Positions 19,983 to 31,110 of a DNA stretch of 64,000 bases are shown one piece after another. The position numbers and the translations under genes are program-made. How positions within the stretch are numbered: position 1 is the stretch's first letter; every line of letters starts with the position of its first letter. The notes under the pieces were generated by a model, which was not told the origin of the DNA, ran no database searches, and saw only the letters and a list, made by a program, of their open reading frames with translations. The stretch is from assembly GCA_021735245.1 (NCBI GenBank), contig JAIPHJ010000001.1, positions 20,837 through 84,836 on the forward strand. The letters run 5' to 3'. Source of the stretch: Candidatus Bipolaricaulota bacterium. Lineage in GTDB: Bacteria > Bipolaricaulota > Bipolaricaulia > M55B111.

Positions 19983-22900
19983 TCAAGCTGACTTAGAATC
20001 CACGGGGCTTAGCTCCTCTTCCTCGTCTGCAGTCTCCTCCCCTCCCTCTTCTTCCGGCTTCTCTTCCTCGTCTTTGAAGCCAGTGCCAACAGAAACCTTC
20101 TTCCCTACAATTATGTTAGGTTTAAGACCCTTTAGTTCATCGGATTGACCGCTCAAAGCGGCATTGGTCAGTGCGGAAGTTGTCCTCTGGAACGAAGCCG
20201 CGGAAAGCCAGCCTTTGGTCTTGAGAGCAGACTTTGAGATCCTCAATAGCTGTCTATCTGCCTCGGGTAGCTGGAACTCCTTAACGCGTAAATCTCTTAC
20301 TTCGCCGTCCATAATTACAGGAATCTCCTCTACGCCAGATTCCGTCGCGTAGTCCAGCACGTCTTCCGTCACGGTTTCCTCTTCTTTTGCTATTAAACGC
20401 TTGCCCTTCTTCACGTCTTCAGCTATTTCTCGTCCCAGTATCTCCCTTCGATTTTCCCTGACTTTTTCGTTCTTTACCCTTAGCTTCTCAACTACGCTTC
20501 TAAATTCTTCCAGGGTAATCAATTCGTTTTGAGTTAGGTCTGAGTCTCCCCTGTCGCTTACGATCACGTTATTCAACATCTGAGCAATAATAATCTCGAC
20601 GTGGGTATCGTTGATGTCTACTCCCTGGCTCTTATAAACCTTCTGTATCTCGGTAAGCAGGTATTCGTAAGTTCTCTCCACTCCCGCTTTGTCCAGTAAA
20701 TTATGAGGTGGAATTACTCCCTTGGAAAGCTGTTCACCGGGTTTGACTTTATCACCTATTTCTACGACTGGTGAATGGGTAATATTGAGTTCTTCCCTGT
20801 AGCGGTACTCCACCCGGGCGAAATCCTCGCTCACTTCCTCCACTGCTTCGATAATAAGTCTGCGATCGACCGGTCTGTCGAGGGAAAAGAGCGATTTGCC
20901 CTTCTTTACTTCTTCTCCGTCCACGACTTCCGGAATCATCGCTTCGGAAAGCGGTATTCTCTTACGGCCGTCTTCGGGCTGGAATATAATCACCGAGTTT
21001 TCAGCAATCACTAAAACGCCTGACTTGTCAGCTGTGAGCTTGTCGGAACTCTTCAAATCGATTAGCTTTTCGCCCTCTTCGACCCCTTCACCTTCCTCGA
21101 CTAGCGGCTTCGCCATGGGGGGTATGAGGTGGTCGACCACGTTACCCTCCTCATCGATCAGAGAAATTAGCCGCTTGCTCCTGTCTATCTCCTCGATCGT
21201 CCCACCTTTCTTTGCGAATACCTGGTCGAGTTCTACCTTCTGGGAGAGAACGTCTCCTTTTTCTACAAAATCACCCGACTCTTTTTCGATCTCCAACCCG
21301 TCAGGTAACTCGTAGTAAGCGTCCGAACGGCTCATCAGAAGGTACATAACCTTCTGGCCCTTTTCCTCTACTATTCGAACCGTGCCTGCGTGAGGACTGG
21401 TATTGTCGACGATATCCGAGAGGTTAGCTTCTTCACCAGGTTCCACCAGACAGAGAGACGAAGGCACCATCAACTCCTGAGGCTCTCCCTCAATTTCTAC
21501 TCTCTTCCCCTCTTCCGTGTCGGTCATTTCCGTTATATGGCCTTCGATGTCAGTAATAGTAGCCTGAGCACTCTTCGTGGTCTTCCGGGCTTCAAATAGT
21601 TCTTCCGCTCTGGGGAGGCCCTGGGTAATATCCTCACCCGCAACACCACCCGAGTGGAACGTCCTCATGGTCAACTGTGTACCGGGTTCGCCAATTGACT
21701 GAGCAGCAATGACTCCGGCAGCTTCACCTTTGTTTACCAACTCGTGCTTCGATAGGTCCATGCCATAACACTGCTGGCAGACGCCTTTCTCGGTTTCACA
21801 GGTCACTGGCGACCTAACTACAATTCGCGGGCGCACTTCGATCTCATCCACGTCATTAATTTCCAGTTTATCCCGTTCGACCGGACCTATAACTTCGTCC
21901 CTTTCTACAATTACTTTACCAGTTTCTGGATCCCGAATGTCTTCCAGACTGTTTGTACCTATTATCTTCTCAAAACCTACGTCGGTAAGCTCGATTGCCA
22001 CTTGCTTGTTAGCCAGCCTGGACGCTAGTTCCTTACTCACCAACTCGCCCTCTTCTCCCATAACGCTACCGTCATCGGGATTGATAACTGGTTCAGCCAA
22101 CGTCTTACCGTAGACCCTCTCCTCTATACCTTCCATCAATTCTCCTCCGTCGTATCTCAACGGATCTATTTCGAGGCCTCTATTGGTGCCGCAGTCCGAC
22201 TCGCGGACTACGATATTCGAAACAGCTTCGACGAGCCTTCGAGTAAGATAGCCAGAATCGGCAGTCTTTAAAGCAGTATCAGCAGTTCCCTTCCGTCCCC
22301 CGTGGGTAGATATGAAGTATTCCATCATATCCAGCCCCTCGCGGAAGTTCGACTTCACGGGCATTTCTATTACGTCGCCGGAGGGGTCCGCCATAAGACC
22401 ACGCATACCTGCCAGCTGCTTAACCTGATCGGCGCTACCTCGAGCCCCGGAACCAACCATCATCTGAAGAGAGTTAAACTTGTTTTCCGCAAAGTTGCCC
22501 ATGGTAGCTTCCTCGATCTCGTCCACCGTTTCGTGCCAGATGTCCACTATAGTTGAAGATCTCTCGTCTTCGGAAGCCAGCCCGCGTTCAAACATCTCGT
22601 TTACTTCTCTTACCCTCTCCATTGCATGTTCGAGAATAGAATCCTTTTCTGCCGGAGCAAGACAGTCGGTTGTAGAAATAGTAAGGGCCGATTGAGTCGC
22701 TTCCGAAAAGCCAAGCTCTTTCAGTTCGTCCAGTAAACTAACAACCCGTTCGTTGCCATAGTTCTCGTGAACTTTCATCAAAAGGTTGGAAATATCGGAA
22801 GACTCGAATCTTTTATCGTAATCCCTGAGATCAGATGGGAATAGCTCGTTCAACTTCGCCCTTCCTAAGGTCGTATCCACTATCTCACCGTCTATTCTTA

Positions 22901-24959
22901 TCTTTATAGGCGCGTGAAGGCTAATTACGTCGTTTTCGTGTGCCCTTTTTGCTTCCTGAAGGCTGGCAAAGTACTTGTCCTTTCCCTTACCTTCCTCGTC
23001 TACTTCGGTAAGATAGTAGTAAGCGTAAATCTGATCCTGGGTCGGTTTGGTAAGTGGTCCTCCGTAAGCAGGAGAAAGCAGGTTTTTCGACGAGAGCATT
23101 ATATCTCTCGATTCGCTCACTGCTTCCCTCGTTAACGGAATGTGAATGGCCATCTGATCCCCGTCAAAGTCCGCGTTGTAGGGAGGACAAACGTGAGGGT
23201 GAATATGTATGGCGTCGCCGTCAACCAATTTCGGTTCGAAAGCCTCGATTCCCAGCCTGTGAAGCGTTGGGGCTCGGTTGAGCAGTACCGGCCTTTCTTT
23301 AAGCAATTCTTCCAGGTAATTCCAGACATCGGGCATCTTTCCTGCGAGCGCCTTGTTTTTCACTTCGTTGTAATCCGAATAAGTCGTGTCGTCCAGATAC
23401 CTGGTCACGAAAGGCTTGAAAAGCTCCAAAGCCATCTTCTTCGGAACCCCACACTCCCAGAGATTGAGTTCCGGGTCCACCACGATAACTGCTCGGCCGG
23501 AATAGTCAACCCGTCTGCCCAGCAGGTTCCGTCTCAACCTTCCGTGCTTGCCGGATATCCTGTCCGAAAGAGACTTGAGCGGACGATCGTCTTTTCCCCT
23601 AATGGGTGTATTTTTCTTTTCATTATGAATAATGGCGTCCACGGACTCCTGGAGCATCCGACGCTCGTTCCTGAGAATAACCTCGGGAGCCCCCATGTCC
23701 TCCAAACGTTTCAATCGGTTATTTCTGTTTATGATCCTTCGATAGAGGTCGTTCAGGTCCGTCGTGGCGAACTTACCCCCTTCAAGGTGGACTATAGGTC
23801 GGAGATCTGGAGGTAGAACAGGTATTGCATCCAGAGAAATGTCGCTCGATTTGTTTCCCGAATCCCGGAGTTTTTCTACTACACTAAGTCTTTTTGATAA
23901 CTTATTTTTTGCTGTTTTCGATGTTTCCTTCTTCAATCGGTCGCTCAGGGATTGGCTGAGCTCTTCAAGGTCGATATTCTCCAGCAAGCCCTTTATCCCC
24001 TTCGCACCCGTATAAGCTGAAAATCCGGCCGGATACAACCTTTCGTATGCTTCCTTTTCGAGTTGAGCGATCTTCTGTCCGACTTCCAGCGGAACCTCTT
24101 CGTTCTCCACGAAGGTCACCAAAAAGGCGAGGTTGTCAACTTCTTCCTGGGCTTCCTCGGACTCGATGGCGTCGCCGTAACGTGATTTGGCCATTTCATG
24201 GAACGTTTCCGAGCAGATCTCACCCACAGGTGTCTCGGCAATTAAATCCCCTTCCTCTACCTCGTCCCCGTCATTAACCTCGAGAATCACATCCTCCGAT
24301 ACGGGAAATTCTTCGTCTCCTATCGAAACCACTGCGATGCCTTCTCCGTTCTGTAACTTTTTGTGGTCTATCGATACTTCCCCGGCCTCGTTCGCGGTGA
24401 GTTTCGGCGCATCGTTTATTACGATCCCGTTCTCCGTTTCAAAATCGAGATGTCTGGAAAGTATTTCCAGTTCCGAACTATAGAGGCGCTCGCCCTCTCT
24501 GACCTTGTCGTCTTCCGTCGAGGTAACGATTGAAATATCCTCTAGCGTAGTCTCCGCCTCGTAGTAAGCTATTTTCCTCAGGGTTTTCTTCTTTATATCC
24601 AATAATTTGCTCAGCGGACTGGATATTCCTTTTAGAAACCAAAAGTGGATAACGGGACTCGCGAGTTCGATGTGGCCCATGTTTTTCCGTCTGACCGAAG
24701 AATCAGTAACCAGAACCCCACATTTTTCACAGGTTATGCCCTCGTATTTCTTCCCTTCGTATTTACCACAGGCACACTTATAATCCTCTTCGGGCCCAAA
24801 AATTTCCTCGGCGTATAACCCACCCTTTTCGGGCTTGTGAGTTCTATAATTTATCGTCTCGGATTCAGTCACTTCACCGTGAGACCATCTTCTGATCTCT
24901 TCCGGAGAAGCGAACATTAATTTTACTTCCTCGATATCGTCACCCGACAACATCCACAA
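19983..24959 (-). CDS. rpoC: RNA polymerase beta' subunit with large insertions
   Basis: NADFDGD catalytic motif, N-terminal Zn finger, [22 protein letters not shown]. Confidence 0.98.
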   Translation of the reverse strand: MWMLSGDDIEEVKLMFASPEEIRRWSHGEVTESETINYRTHKPEKGGLYAEEIFGPEEDYKCACGKYEGKKYEGITCEKCGVLVTDSSVRRKNMGHIELASPVIHFWFLKGISSPLSKLLDIKKKTLRKIAYYEAETTLEDISIVTSTEDDKVREGERLYSSELEILSRHLDFETENGIVINDAPKLTANEAGEVSIDHKKLQNGEGIAVVSIGDEEFPVSEDVILEVNDGDEVEEGDLIAETPVGEICSETFHEMAKSRYGDAIESEEAQEEVDNLAFLVTFVENEEVPLEVGQKIAQLEKEAYERLYPAGFSAYTGAKGIKGLLENIDLEELSQSLSDRLKKETSKTAKNKLSKRLSVVEKLRDSGNKSSDISLDAIPVLPPDLRPIVHLEGGKFATTDLNDLYRRIINRNNRLKRLEDMGAPEVILRNERRMLQESVDAIIHNEKKNTPIRGKDDRPLKSLSDRISGKHGRLRRNLLGRRVDYSGRAVIVVDPELNLWECGVPKKMALELFKPFVTRYLDDTTYSDYNEVKNKALAGKMPDVWNYLEELLKERPVLLNRAPTLHRLGIEAFEPKLVDGDAIHIHPHVCPPYNADFDGDQMAIHIPLTREAVSESRDIMLSSKNLLSPAYGGPLTKPTQDQIYAYYYLTEVDEEGKGKDKYFASLQEAKRAHENDVISLHAPIKIRIDGEIVDTTLGRAKLNELFPSDLRDYDKRFESSDISNLLMKVHENYGNERVVSLLDELKELGFSEATQSALTISTTDCLAPAEKDSILEHAMERVREVNEMFERGLASEDERSSTIVDIWHETVDEIEEATMGNFAENKFNSLQMMVGSGARGSADQVKQLAGMRGLMADPSGDVIEMPVKSNFREGLDMMEYFISTHGGRKGTADTALKTADSGYLTRRLVEAVSNIVVRESDCGTNRGLEIDPLRYDGGELMEGIEERVYGKTLAEPVINPDDGSVMGEEGELVSKELASRLANKQVAIELTDVGFEKIIGTNSLEDIRDPETGKVIVERDEVIGPVERDKLEINDVDEIEVRPRIVVRSPVTCETEKGVCQQCYGMDLSKHELVNKGEAAGVIAAQSIGEPGTQLTMRTFHSGGVAGEDITQGLPRAEELFEARKTTKSAQATITDIEGHITEMTDTEEGKRVEIEGEPQELMVPSSLCLVEPGEEANLSDIVDNTSPHAGTVRIVEEKGQKVMYLLMSRSDAYYELPDGLEIEKESGDFVEKGDVLSQKVELDQVFAKKGGTIEEIDRSKRLISLIDEEGNVVDHLIPPMAKPLVEEGEGVEEGEKLIDLKSSDKLTADKSGVLVIAENSVIIFQPEDGRKRIPLSEAMIPEVVDGEEVKKGKSLFSLDRPVDRRLIIEAVEEVSEDFARVEYRYREELNITHSPVVEIGDKVKPGEQLSKGVIPPHNLLDKAGVERTYEYLLTEIQKVYKSQGVDINDTHVEIIIAQMLNNVIVSDRGDSDLTQNELITLEEFRSVVEKLRVKNEKVRENRREILGREIAEDVKKGKRLIAKEEETVTEDVLDYATESGVEEIPVIMDGEVRDLRVKEFQLPEADRQLLRISKSALKTKGWLSAASFQRTTSALTNAALSGQSDELKGLKPNIIVGKKVSVGTGFKDEEEKPEEEGGEETADEEEELSPVDSKSA

Positions 24960-25371
24960 TCACCTCGCTACTATTGATAAAACAACCATTTTACAGGAAT
25001 CTTTTCATGACAATATTACCTGTAGAAAGGCACCTAGCGTTAGTTAAGAGCTATTCTTTTCCTGCTTCGACTCGAAGAATTACTCGTAAAACCAGCCAAC
25101 CCGGATAAATCAAAAACTACAAATTTATTTGTCCCCGATCATTTATTGAATTTGATAAGCTTAGGAAAGTTTTACAGTTAAAGTGGAACAATTAACCAGC
25201 TCTAAAACGCCGCGAGAAAACCGAGAAAAGAATACAACCCTACCTTTTCAGGACTTACGTTCTTGCCGAACTGGAATGCTTCGTAAAGCCAAGAACACTT
25301 CTGGCGTAAAGACCCGAAAAATTCTGAATCTCTTAATAATACCGAAAGTAATCAATCCCCGGTCAATCCTT

Positions 25372-25656
25372 TCATTCACCTGAACTGGCGCCTTCTTTCT
25401 CGCTCTTTCCCGTCTCCCCGGAATTATTTTCGTCTCCTTCTTTTCCGCCGTTTTTTCCGTTTCCTTTATAACCATTACCGTAATCGGTTCTGTAAAAACC
25501 ACTTCCTTTAAACCGAATTCCGACACTTGAAATGACTCTTTCCGTTTCCTTTGACCCACAAACCTTACACTCGGGCTCTTCGTCCTTGTTACCGTTTCTC
25601 TGTAGGACCTTGAAGGTGTTGTCACATTCGGTACAGCGATACTTATATAAAGGCAT
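25372..25656 (-). CDS. FmdB-family zinc-ribbon protein
   Basis: MPLYKYRCTEC...CKVCGS...FKGSGFY.TDY followed by a low-complexity tail. Confidence 0.9.
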   Translation of the reverse strand: MPLYKYRCTECDNTFKVLQRNGNKDEEPECKVCGSKETERVISSVGIRFKGSGFYRTDYGNGYKGNGKNGGKEGDENNSGETGKSEKEGASSGE

Positions 25657-25853
25657 AATTCCTCCACCTCTCCATAAAACCTAAATTACCCGATTCGGAG
25701 ACAGTTACTTTATCTCACCGTAAAGTCCATAATTCTGACTAATTCTTCTTTTTGGTACCAATTCGAGGTTGGTGCAATGGATAAGAATAAAAGCATTAAG
25801 TTAACTTAACGAAACTGCTCACCAATTATAAGGCAGGTGGGAACTATTTCAAC

Positions 25854-27890
25854 TCATTCCACGAAGTCCTTCCAGTTCCCACCGCTACCGCTACTAACTC
25901 TTGAGCCATCTCCCTCAGAAGACAGGGTGCCGGGCTTTCCTTCTAGGTAAATTTTCTCCTCCTCGGGAATCTCCTCCAAAAACCGGGAAGGTAAGTGACT
26001 GAACCTTTGACCGTAGAGGAACCTGCTATCGGTATAACTAAGGATAACCCTGTTTTTTGCCCTAGTCAGGCCTACGTAACACAGTCGCCTCTCCTCCTCC
26101 ATCCCCCCTTCTTCGAGCGACCTTTTATGGGGAAGTAACCCGTCCTCCATCGCGACCATAAAAACGTAACCAAACTCAAGGCCTTTCGCAGAGTGTAAGG
26201 TCAACAGGGATACTTTATTGCGTTGATCCTCGTAACTATCTACGTCGGACTCGAGGGCGACGTTTTCCAGGAACTCCTCGAGATCGGGGGTTTCGTCATC
26301 CGTCTCCTTTATCTGACCGATCAACTCACGTACGTTATTCCTCCGGTCTTCAGCCGATTCCGGATCGTATTCTTTTTCCAGAAACGAGAAATAGCCGATC
26401 TCCGAAATCATCCCTTTTACGTAGTCAACCAGATCTCGTTCCCCCCTCCGCTCCCTCATATCTTCAATCATTTCCTCGAAGGCTTTCAATCTGGATATCT
26501 GGCGACTCGAAAGTTCAGAAGGCTCCTCTTCACCTGTCAGGACGTCCCACACAGATGCCCCCCGCCTCCGGGCCGAGCGCCGAATTGCCTCCTCGGTTCT
26601 TGACCCTATTCCCCTGCGGGGAGTATTAATTATCCGGAGCAGGTGAAGATCGTCATGAGGGTTACAGATAACCCTTAAATATGCCAGTACGTCCTTTACC
26701 TCTTTCCTTTCATAGAACCTGGTACCCCGAACAATTTCGTAGGGGATATTCCGCTTTACCAGCTTTTTCTCAACTCCCCGTGATAACGGATTTACTCTGT
26801 ACAGTACGGCAATTTCCCCCAGTTCCGCCCCGTTTTCCCTGAGCTTATTTATTTGTCGGACGAGAAAGTCCGCCTCATCCTCCTCGTCTGTTGCGTTGTA
26901 GATCGTTATGGATTTTCCCTCACCCCGCTCCGGCTCCATTTCCTTTTGCTTCCTCAGCTTGTTATTTTCTATTATCGCGTTAGCCGCCCTCAATATAGGC
27001 TTCTTGGATCGGTAATTCCTGGAGAGGTGCACTACCCTTGCATCGGGATAATCCTCTTCGAATTCCAGCAGGTTACTTACGTCCGCTCCTCTCCAGCTGA
27101 AAATAGCCTGATCGTCGTCCCCCACCACGCAGATGTTGTTTTCGGGAGCTGCCAGCTGGCTGGCCATTACGTACTGTGCGTGATTCGTATCCTGATACTC
27201 GTCGACGAGGAGGAATTTAAATCTTTCTCTCCACCTCCGGACGGACTCCAGGTCCTTCTCGAGCAATACGGTGGGAAGTCTGATCAAGTCACCAAAATCC
27301 AGACCGTTCCAGTCCTCCAGCTTCTCCTGATAAGTATTATATACCCTGCTAACCATCCTTAGCGTGTAGTCGTCGAGCTCTCCCGCTTTCTCCGACCTAA
27401 ATTCATCCGGACCGATCAGATCGTTTTTGGCCTCGTTAATTAAAGACGCTATCATTCCGGGCTGAAACTCCTCGGTAGAGATATCCAGGTCCACCATCGT
27501 CTCCTTCACAGCCTTTTTTTGGTCGGACTGATCGTAGATAGTAAAGTACCGATCATAACCCCTGCCGAGCTCTTCGACGAGATCCCGAAGAAGCTGAGCT
27601 CCCAGGGCGTGAAACGTTCCAAGCCAGGGAGATCTACCGTCCAGCTGTCGGGGTAATAAGTTTTCCAGTCTTTCGTTCATTTCGTCAGCCGCTTTGTTGG
27701 TGAAGGTTAGCCCAAGTATATTGGATGGCTCGACTCCGTAATGATCTACTAAATAAGCCGCCCGATGAGTAATTACTCTCGTCTTACCGGACCCGGCCCC
27801 CGACAGAACCAACATGGGGCCCTTATAGTGAGTAACTGCGCTAATCTGTTCGGGATTCAGTTCTTCCAGCAATTCTTTAGATTTATTCAT
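25854..27890 (-). CDS. pcrA: ATP-dependent DNA helicase PcrA/UvrD
   Basis: GAGSGKT, TFTNKAA, VDEYQDTN, NYRS, TLHSAKGLEF, EEERRLCYV..TRA. Confidence 0.95.
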   Translation of the reverse strand: MNKSKELLEELNPEQISAVTHYKGPMLVLSGAGSGKTRVITHRAAYLVDHYGVEPSNILGLTFTNKAADEMNERLENLLPRQLDGRSPWLGTFHALGAQLLRDLVEELGRGYDRYFTIYDQSDQKKAVKETMVDLDISTEEFQPGMIASLINEAKNDLIGPDEFRSEKAGELDDYTLRMVSRVYNTYQEKLEDWNGLDFGDLIRLPTVLLEKDLESVRRWRERFKFLLVDEYQDTNHAQYVMASQLAAPENNICVVGDDDQAIFSWRGADVSNLLEFEEDYPDARVVHLSRNYRSKKPILRAANAIIENNKLRKQKEMEPERGEGKSITIYNATDEEDEADFLVRQINKLRENGAELGEIAVLYRVNPLSRGVEKKLVKRNIPYEIVRGTRFYERKEVKDVLAYLRVICNPHDDLHLLRIINTPRRGIGSRTEEAIRRSARRRGASVWDVLTGEEEPSELSSRQISRLKAFEEMIEDMRERRGERDLVDYVKGMISEIGYFSFLEKEYDPESAEDRRNNVRELIGQIKETDDETPDLEEFLENVALESDVDSYEDQRNKVSLLTLHSAKGLEFGYVFMVAMEDGLLPHKRSLEEGGMEEERRLCYVGLTRAKNRVILSYTDSRFLYGQRFSHLPSRFLEEIPEEEKIYLEGKPGTLSSEGDGSRVSSGSGGNWKDFVE

Positions 27891-27957
27891 TGTTTTTGGT
27901 TTTTGTAGTGTTTTGATCGCCTGTTTTTAAATTTCTGGATTGGGAATTACAAAAAGG

Positions 27958-28968
27958 CTATAACGATAGTTCCGCTAATTTCCTACTTTCCAGAGGAGTT
28001 ACTTCCAGGCTATAAGTTTCGTTATCGTGCTCAAACCTGTAATTAACGGGGGCCCTCACCTGGTCGTCCACTTCACTTTTCGCGACCGTAATCCTGGCAG
28101 CCAAATCAACGACCTCCTCCAGTGTACTGTCGGACTTTCCTTCCCAATCGGACCGAACCAATCCCATGGGGCCCGAATGGGTTGGAAGGTAAAACCGCAG
28201 GTCCCTTGGAAGAAAGTAATTGTGTAATTCCCTTTTCTCTTCTGGATTTTTTGCTAAAACTATTTTTGTATCCGGAGGAATTTTGTAGTAATCACCGAAG
28301 CCCAGCAACCTGAGGTCGTTCACGTTAAAACCCTCTTCCTCGACGAGGTCTTTCAGCCTTCTTCGGTACCTCGGACTCGTCAACTTGCACCTTGTTCCCG
28401 AACCGTAGAACTCGGGCTTCGTTTTCAGGTCAAGCTTTTCGGCAAGGTCTTTCGAGGAATTCTCCGAACTGACTCCCAGATCACCATCCGAAGTTGTCCA
28501 GCCCTTCCTTTCCGGAAGGGAATCATTCATATTCGGAGAAAGCGGGCGAAAAACCTTTCCCTCGACTTCGGCCCGTCTTTCGATTTTCGCAAGTTGTTCG
28601 CCCCAGGATTCACCCCTTAAATCGGTCGTCTCTCCGGAAACTAAAAAATCCCCCCCGACTCGATCAAGGAACTCTCCTCCCGTTTTCAGGAGAGCGAATC
28701 TACATCTCATACAGAAAGAATCGGCCTCCAACAGGTCCATTCCCCCTGACGACGCTATACTTTCCGTCTTGCGCTTTATCGACTTACTCCTGAACTGACA
28801 TTCGGGCCACAAACTATTGGCGGTCTCCTTAATTTCTTCGTAGTAGCCGAAAAACGGTGACCGAAAGGTCAGAAGGATCACGCGGTCGACGTTACAATGG
28901 TTTACTGCTATCTCCGTGGAAAGTGAACTTGAAAGGCTACCTGAGAATAGAGAAACAGCCTCTCGCAT
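27958..28968 (-). CDS. ThiI/MnmA-like PP-loop family protein with degenerate motifs
   Basis: AVSLFSGSLSS at the SGGLDS position, CxxC, DFLVSGE, RPLS, CKLT; likely start at MREAV. Confidence 0.6.
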   Translation of the reverse strand: MREAVSLFSGSLSSSLSTEIAVNHCNVDRVILLTFRSPFFGYYEEIKETANSLWPECQFRSKSIKRKTESIASSGGMDLLEADSFCMRCRFALLKTGGEFLDRVGGDFLVSGETTDLRGESWGEQLAKIERRAEVEGKVFRPLSPNMNDSLPERKGWTTSDGDLGVSSENSSKDLAEKLDLKTKPEFYGSGTRCKLTSPRYRRRLKDLVEEEGFNVNDLRLLGFGDYYKIPPDTKIVLAKNPEEKRELHNYFLPRDLRFYLPTHSGPMGLVRSDWEGKSDSTLEEVVDLAARITVAKSEVDDQVRAPVNYRFEHDNETYSLEVTPLESRKLAELSL

Positions 28969-29019
28969 TGAAGGGCTCCCCACTAAGATATATTGGATCA
29001 AACCCGGACCCGAATGTAG

Positions 29020-29562
29020 TTAAATCTGAGGATCGATCAACCCGTATTTTCCGTCGTCTCTCTTATATATTATATTGATCTGGTCGTCGTTCGAATTCAC
29101 AAAAACGAGAAAATCCTGCTGGTACGAATCTAATTGCATTGACGCTTCGTCCGGCGTCATTGGCTTCTTGAAATATATATCCATCTTAACTATTTCCCTT
29201 TGACTTTCCTCCGGGGAAAAGTATTCAGAACTAACCCTTCCGTCGTCATCCAGCTCCCCTTTATGTTTATCTTTCAGTTTTTCCTTAATTTTTTTTAGCT
29301 GTCGTTCCAGCTTATCCATTGCACTATCTATCGACACGTACATATCGTCGGACTCTGCTGACGCTTTCGCTACCTTTTTGTTTATTAAGTGAGCGAATAC
29401 CGTAACCGTCCTTCTCTCCTTTTGCACGTCCATCGTTACTTCCACGCTAATTATCCCATCGAAGAATTTCTGTAGGTTCTCAGCTTTTGATATCGCGTAT
29501 TCCCTCAACGGATCGCTTTGCTCCATATGCCTTTCTTCTATTCTAACTTTCATTTTTCTCAC
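29020..29562 (-). CDS. hpf: Long ribosome hibernation promoting factor (HPF/RaiA)
   Basis: DMYVSID.A.DKLERQLKK.KEK; C-terminal KPMTPDEA..Q...F.VF.N...YKR.DGKYGLI. Confidence 0.93.
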   Translation of the reverse strand: MRKMKVRIEERHMEQSDPLREYAISKAENLQKFFDGIISVEVTMDVQKERRTVTVFAHLINKKVAKASAESDDMYVSIDSAMDKLERQLKKIKEKLKDKHKGELDDDGRVSSEYFSPEESQREIVKMDIYFKKPMTPDEASMQLDSYQQDFLVFVNSNDDQINIIYKRDDGKYGLIDPQI

Positions 29563-29652
29563 CTACGGTGGGAGTTATGGTAACTTATCGATTTTACTAA
29601 TTCAAAAACTCAAAAAACGGCCCTGTGATGGCACCTTCGAAAAAGAAAATAT

Positions 29653-30399
29653 CTATATGGATTCGGAAGACGAGCCCGTCCGGGTAATCAACTCCTGTCC
29701 GAAATGAAATTGGCCAAACCTGTCCAGAAGGGAAAACCCATCGTGCAACTGGTTTTCCGTAACTTTAAGCCGTTTGACCTCGATCTGGGGTGTGCCGCTC
29801 AACCTTACGAGAACCTTTCTCAACCCTGCGGATAATTGAAACTCTTTTTTGGACGAACAATCGGGACAAACCAATCCACCGGCCTCTGGCGAGAAACAAA
29901 CGGAATTTTCATCGTCCACGGAACTGCCACATCTGCTGCACTTTCTAAGCTGGGGCTGATAGCCAAGGTAGCGAAAAAATTTAAGGTAAAACGCCAGTTC
30001 GACCACCTTCGGCCGGAGCTGGCTTTCGTCAAGAGACAATAGGGTGTCCTTAAGCAAGTCGTAAGCTTTCATTTCTCGCTGGCCCTCCTCCAGCAGTTTA
30101 TTCACAATTCGGGCGCAGCGCAGACCGGCATCTATAGCCTCTCCGGAACCCCTTATCCCCTCCCAGTTTTCTATCAATTTCGCTTCACTGATAAACTCCA
30201 GCCCGGAACCCTTATAGAACACTACTTCAACCAGGTTCAGCAGGTCGAACACGCCCCCGAACTTGCTCTCCAGCTTTCTTGCACCTTTTGCGATTCCGGC
30301 GAATTTCCCCGATTCCCTCCCAAAAAGAGTCACCACGTAGTCACTATCCTTGAAATCTACTTTCCGGATGACGAATACAGTGGCTTTCTCAATTGCCAT
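29653..30399 (-). CDS. recO: DNA repair protein RecO
   Basis: D.KDSD..V......GK...AKGARK..SKF; GYQPQL..C..C...GGLVC..C; downstream of era. Confidence 0.92.
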   Translation of the reverse strand: MAIEKATVFVIRKVDFKDSDYVVTLFGRESGKFAGIAKGARKLESKFGGVFDLLNLVEVVFYKGSGLEFISEAKLIENWEGIRGSGEAIDAGLRCARIVNKLLEEGQREMKAYDLLKDTLLSLDESQLRPKVVELAFYLKFFRYLGYQPQLRKCSRCGSSVDDENSVCFSPEAGGLVCPDCSSKKEFQLSAGLRKVLVRLSGTPQIEVKRLKVTENQLHDGFSLLDRFGQFHFGQELITRTGSSSESI

Positions 30400-30416
30400 T
30401 AAAATCTATTGTATGG

Positions 30417-31091
30417 TTAGTCTTCCGGTGCACCCTGAACTATCTCAACCCCACTACTCGCGCCTATCCTGGTTGCTCCCGCCTCAATCATCTCCCGGGC
30501 GGCTTCGAAATCGCCTATCCCCCCGGCAGCTTTCACGCCCATCTCATCCGAAACCAGGCTGCTCATTAGCTCTACGTCCTCGACGGTGGCTCCAGCAGGA
30601 CCAAATCCTGTAGAAGTCTTAACGAAATCGGCTCCGCTGGCCTGAGCTATTACACAACCGGCCCGCTTTTTCTCCTCGTCCAGCAAACTCATCTCCAGGA
30701 TCACTTTTACGAGCACGTCCCTCGTACTGCCCTCCGCGGCCTCGGTAACCGCAGCTATATCCCGGGCGACTTCTTCGTAGTCTCCTCTTCTCAACGCAGG
30801 AATGTTTACCACCATATCAAGCTCATCCGCCCCGTCTTCAATGGCCAGCTGGGCTTCGAATCCTTTCGCTCCCCGTTTGTGAGTTCCGTGAGGAAAACCC
30901 ACCACCGTATCTACCTTGACCTCCGTTTCCTTCAGCAGTTTCTTTGCGGTTCTAACGTAGATCGGTTCAATACAGACCGAGGCGAAACCGTACTCCTTCG
31001 CTTCTCGACAGACTCTTTCCACGTCTTTTTCTGAAGATCTGGGACCCAGAGTGGTATGATCGATTAACCCCGCCACGTCGGATTTTTTCAT
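30417..31091 (-). CDS. deoC: Deoxyribose-phosphate aldolase
   Basis: IDHT.L, VVGFPHG, KVILE, DFVKTSTGF, KAAGGI, RIGASS. Confidence 0.96.
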   Translation of the reverse strand: MKKSDVAGLIDHTTLGPRSSEKDVERVCREAKEYGFASVCIEPIYVRTAKKLLKETEVKVDTVVGFPHGTHKRGAKGFEAQLAIEDGADELDMVVNIPALRRGDYEEVARDIAAVTEAAEGSTRDVLVKVILEMSLLDEEKKRAGCVIAQASGADFVKTSTGFGPAGATVEDVELMSSLVSDEMGVKAAGGIGDFEAAREMIEAGATRIGASSGVEIVQGAPED

Positions 31092-31110
31092 AGTTCCCTC
31101 CTCTGATAGT

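Noticed and set aside
24971..24983. 13-mer ctattgataaaac shared with 40217-40229
   Set aside because: Short, AT-rich and in opposite orientation relative to the downstream genes; insufficient evidence for a motif.
25248..25667. 139-aa ORF overlapping the FmdB-like gene on the same strand
   Set aside because: Alternative frame; the 94-aa frame has the family motifs and an SD.
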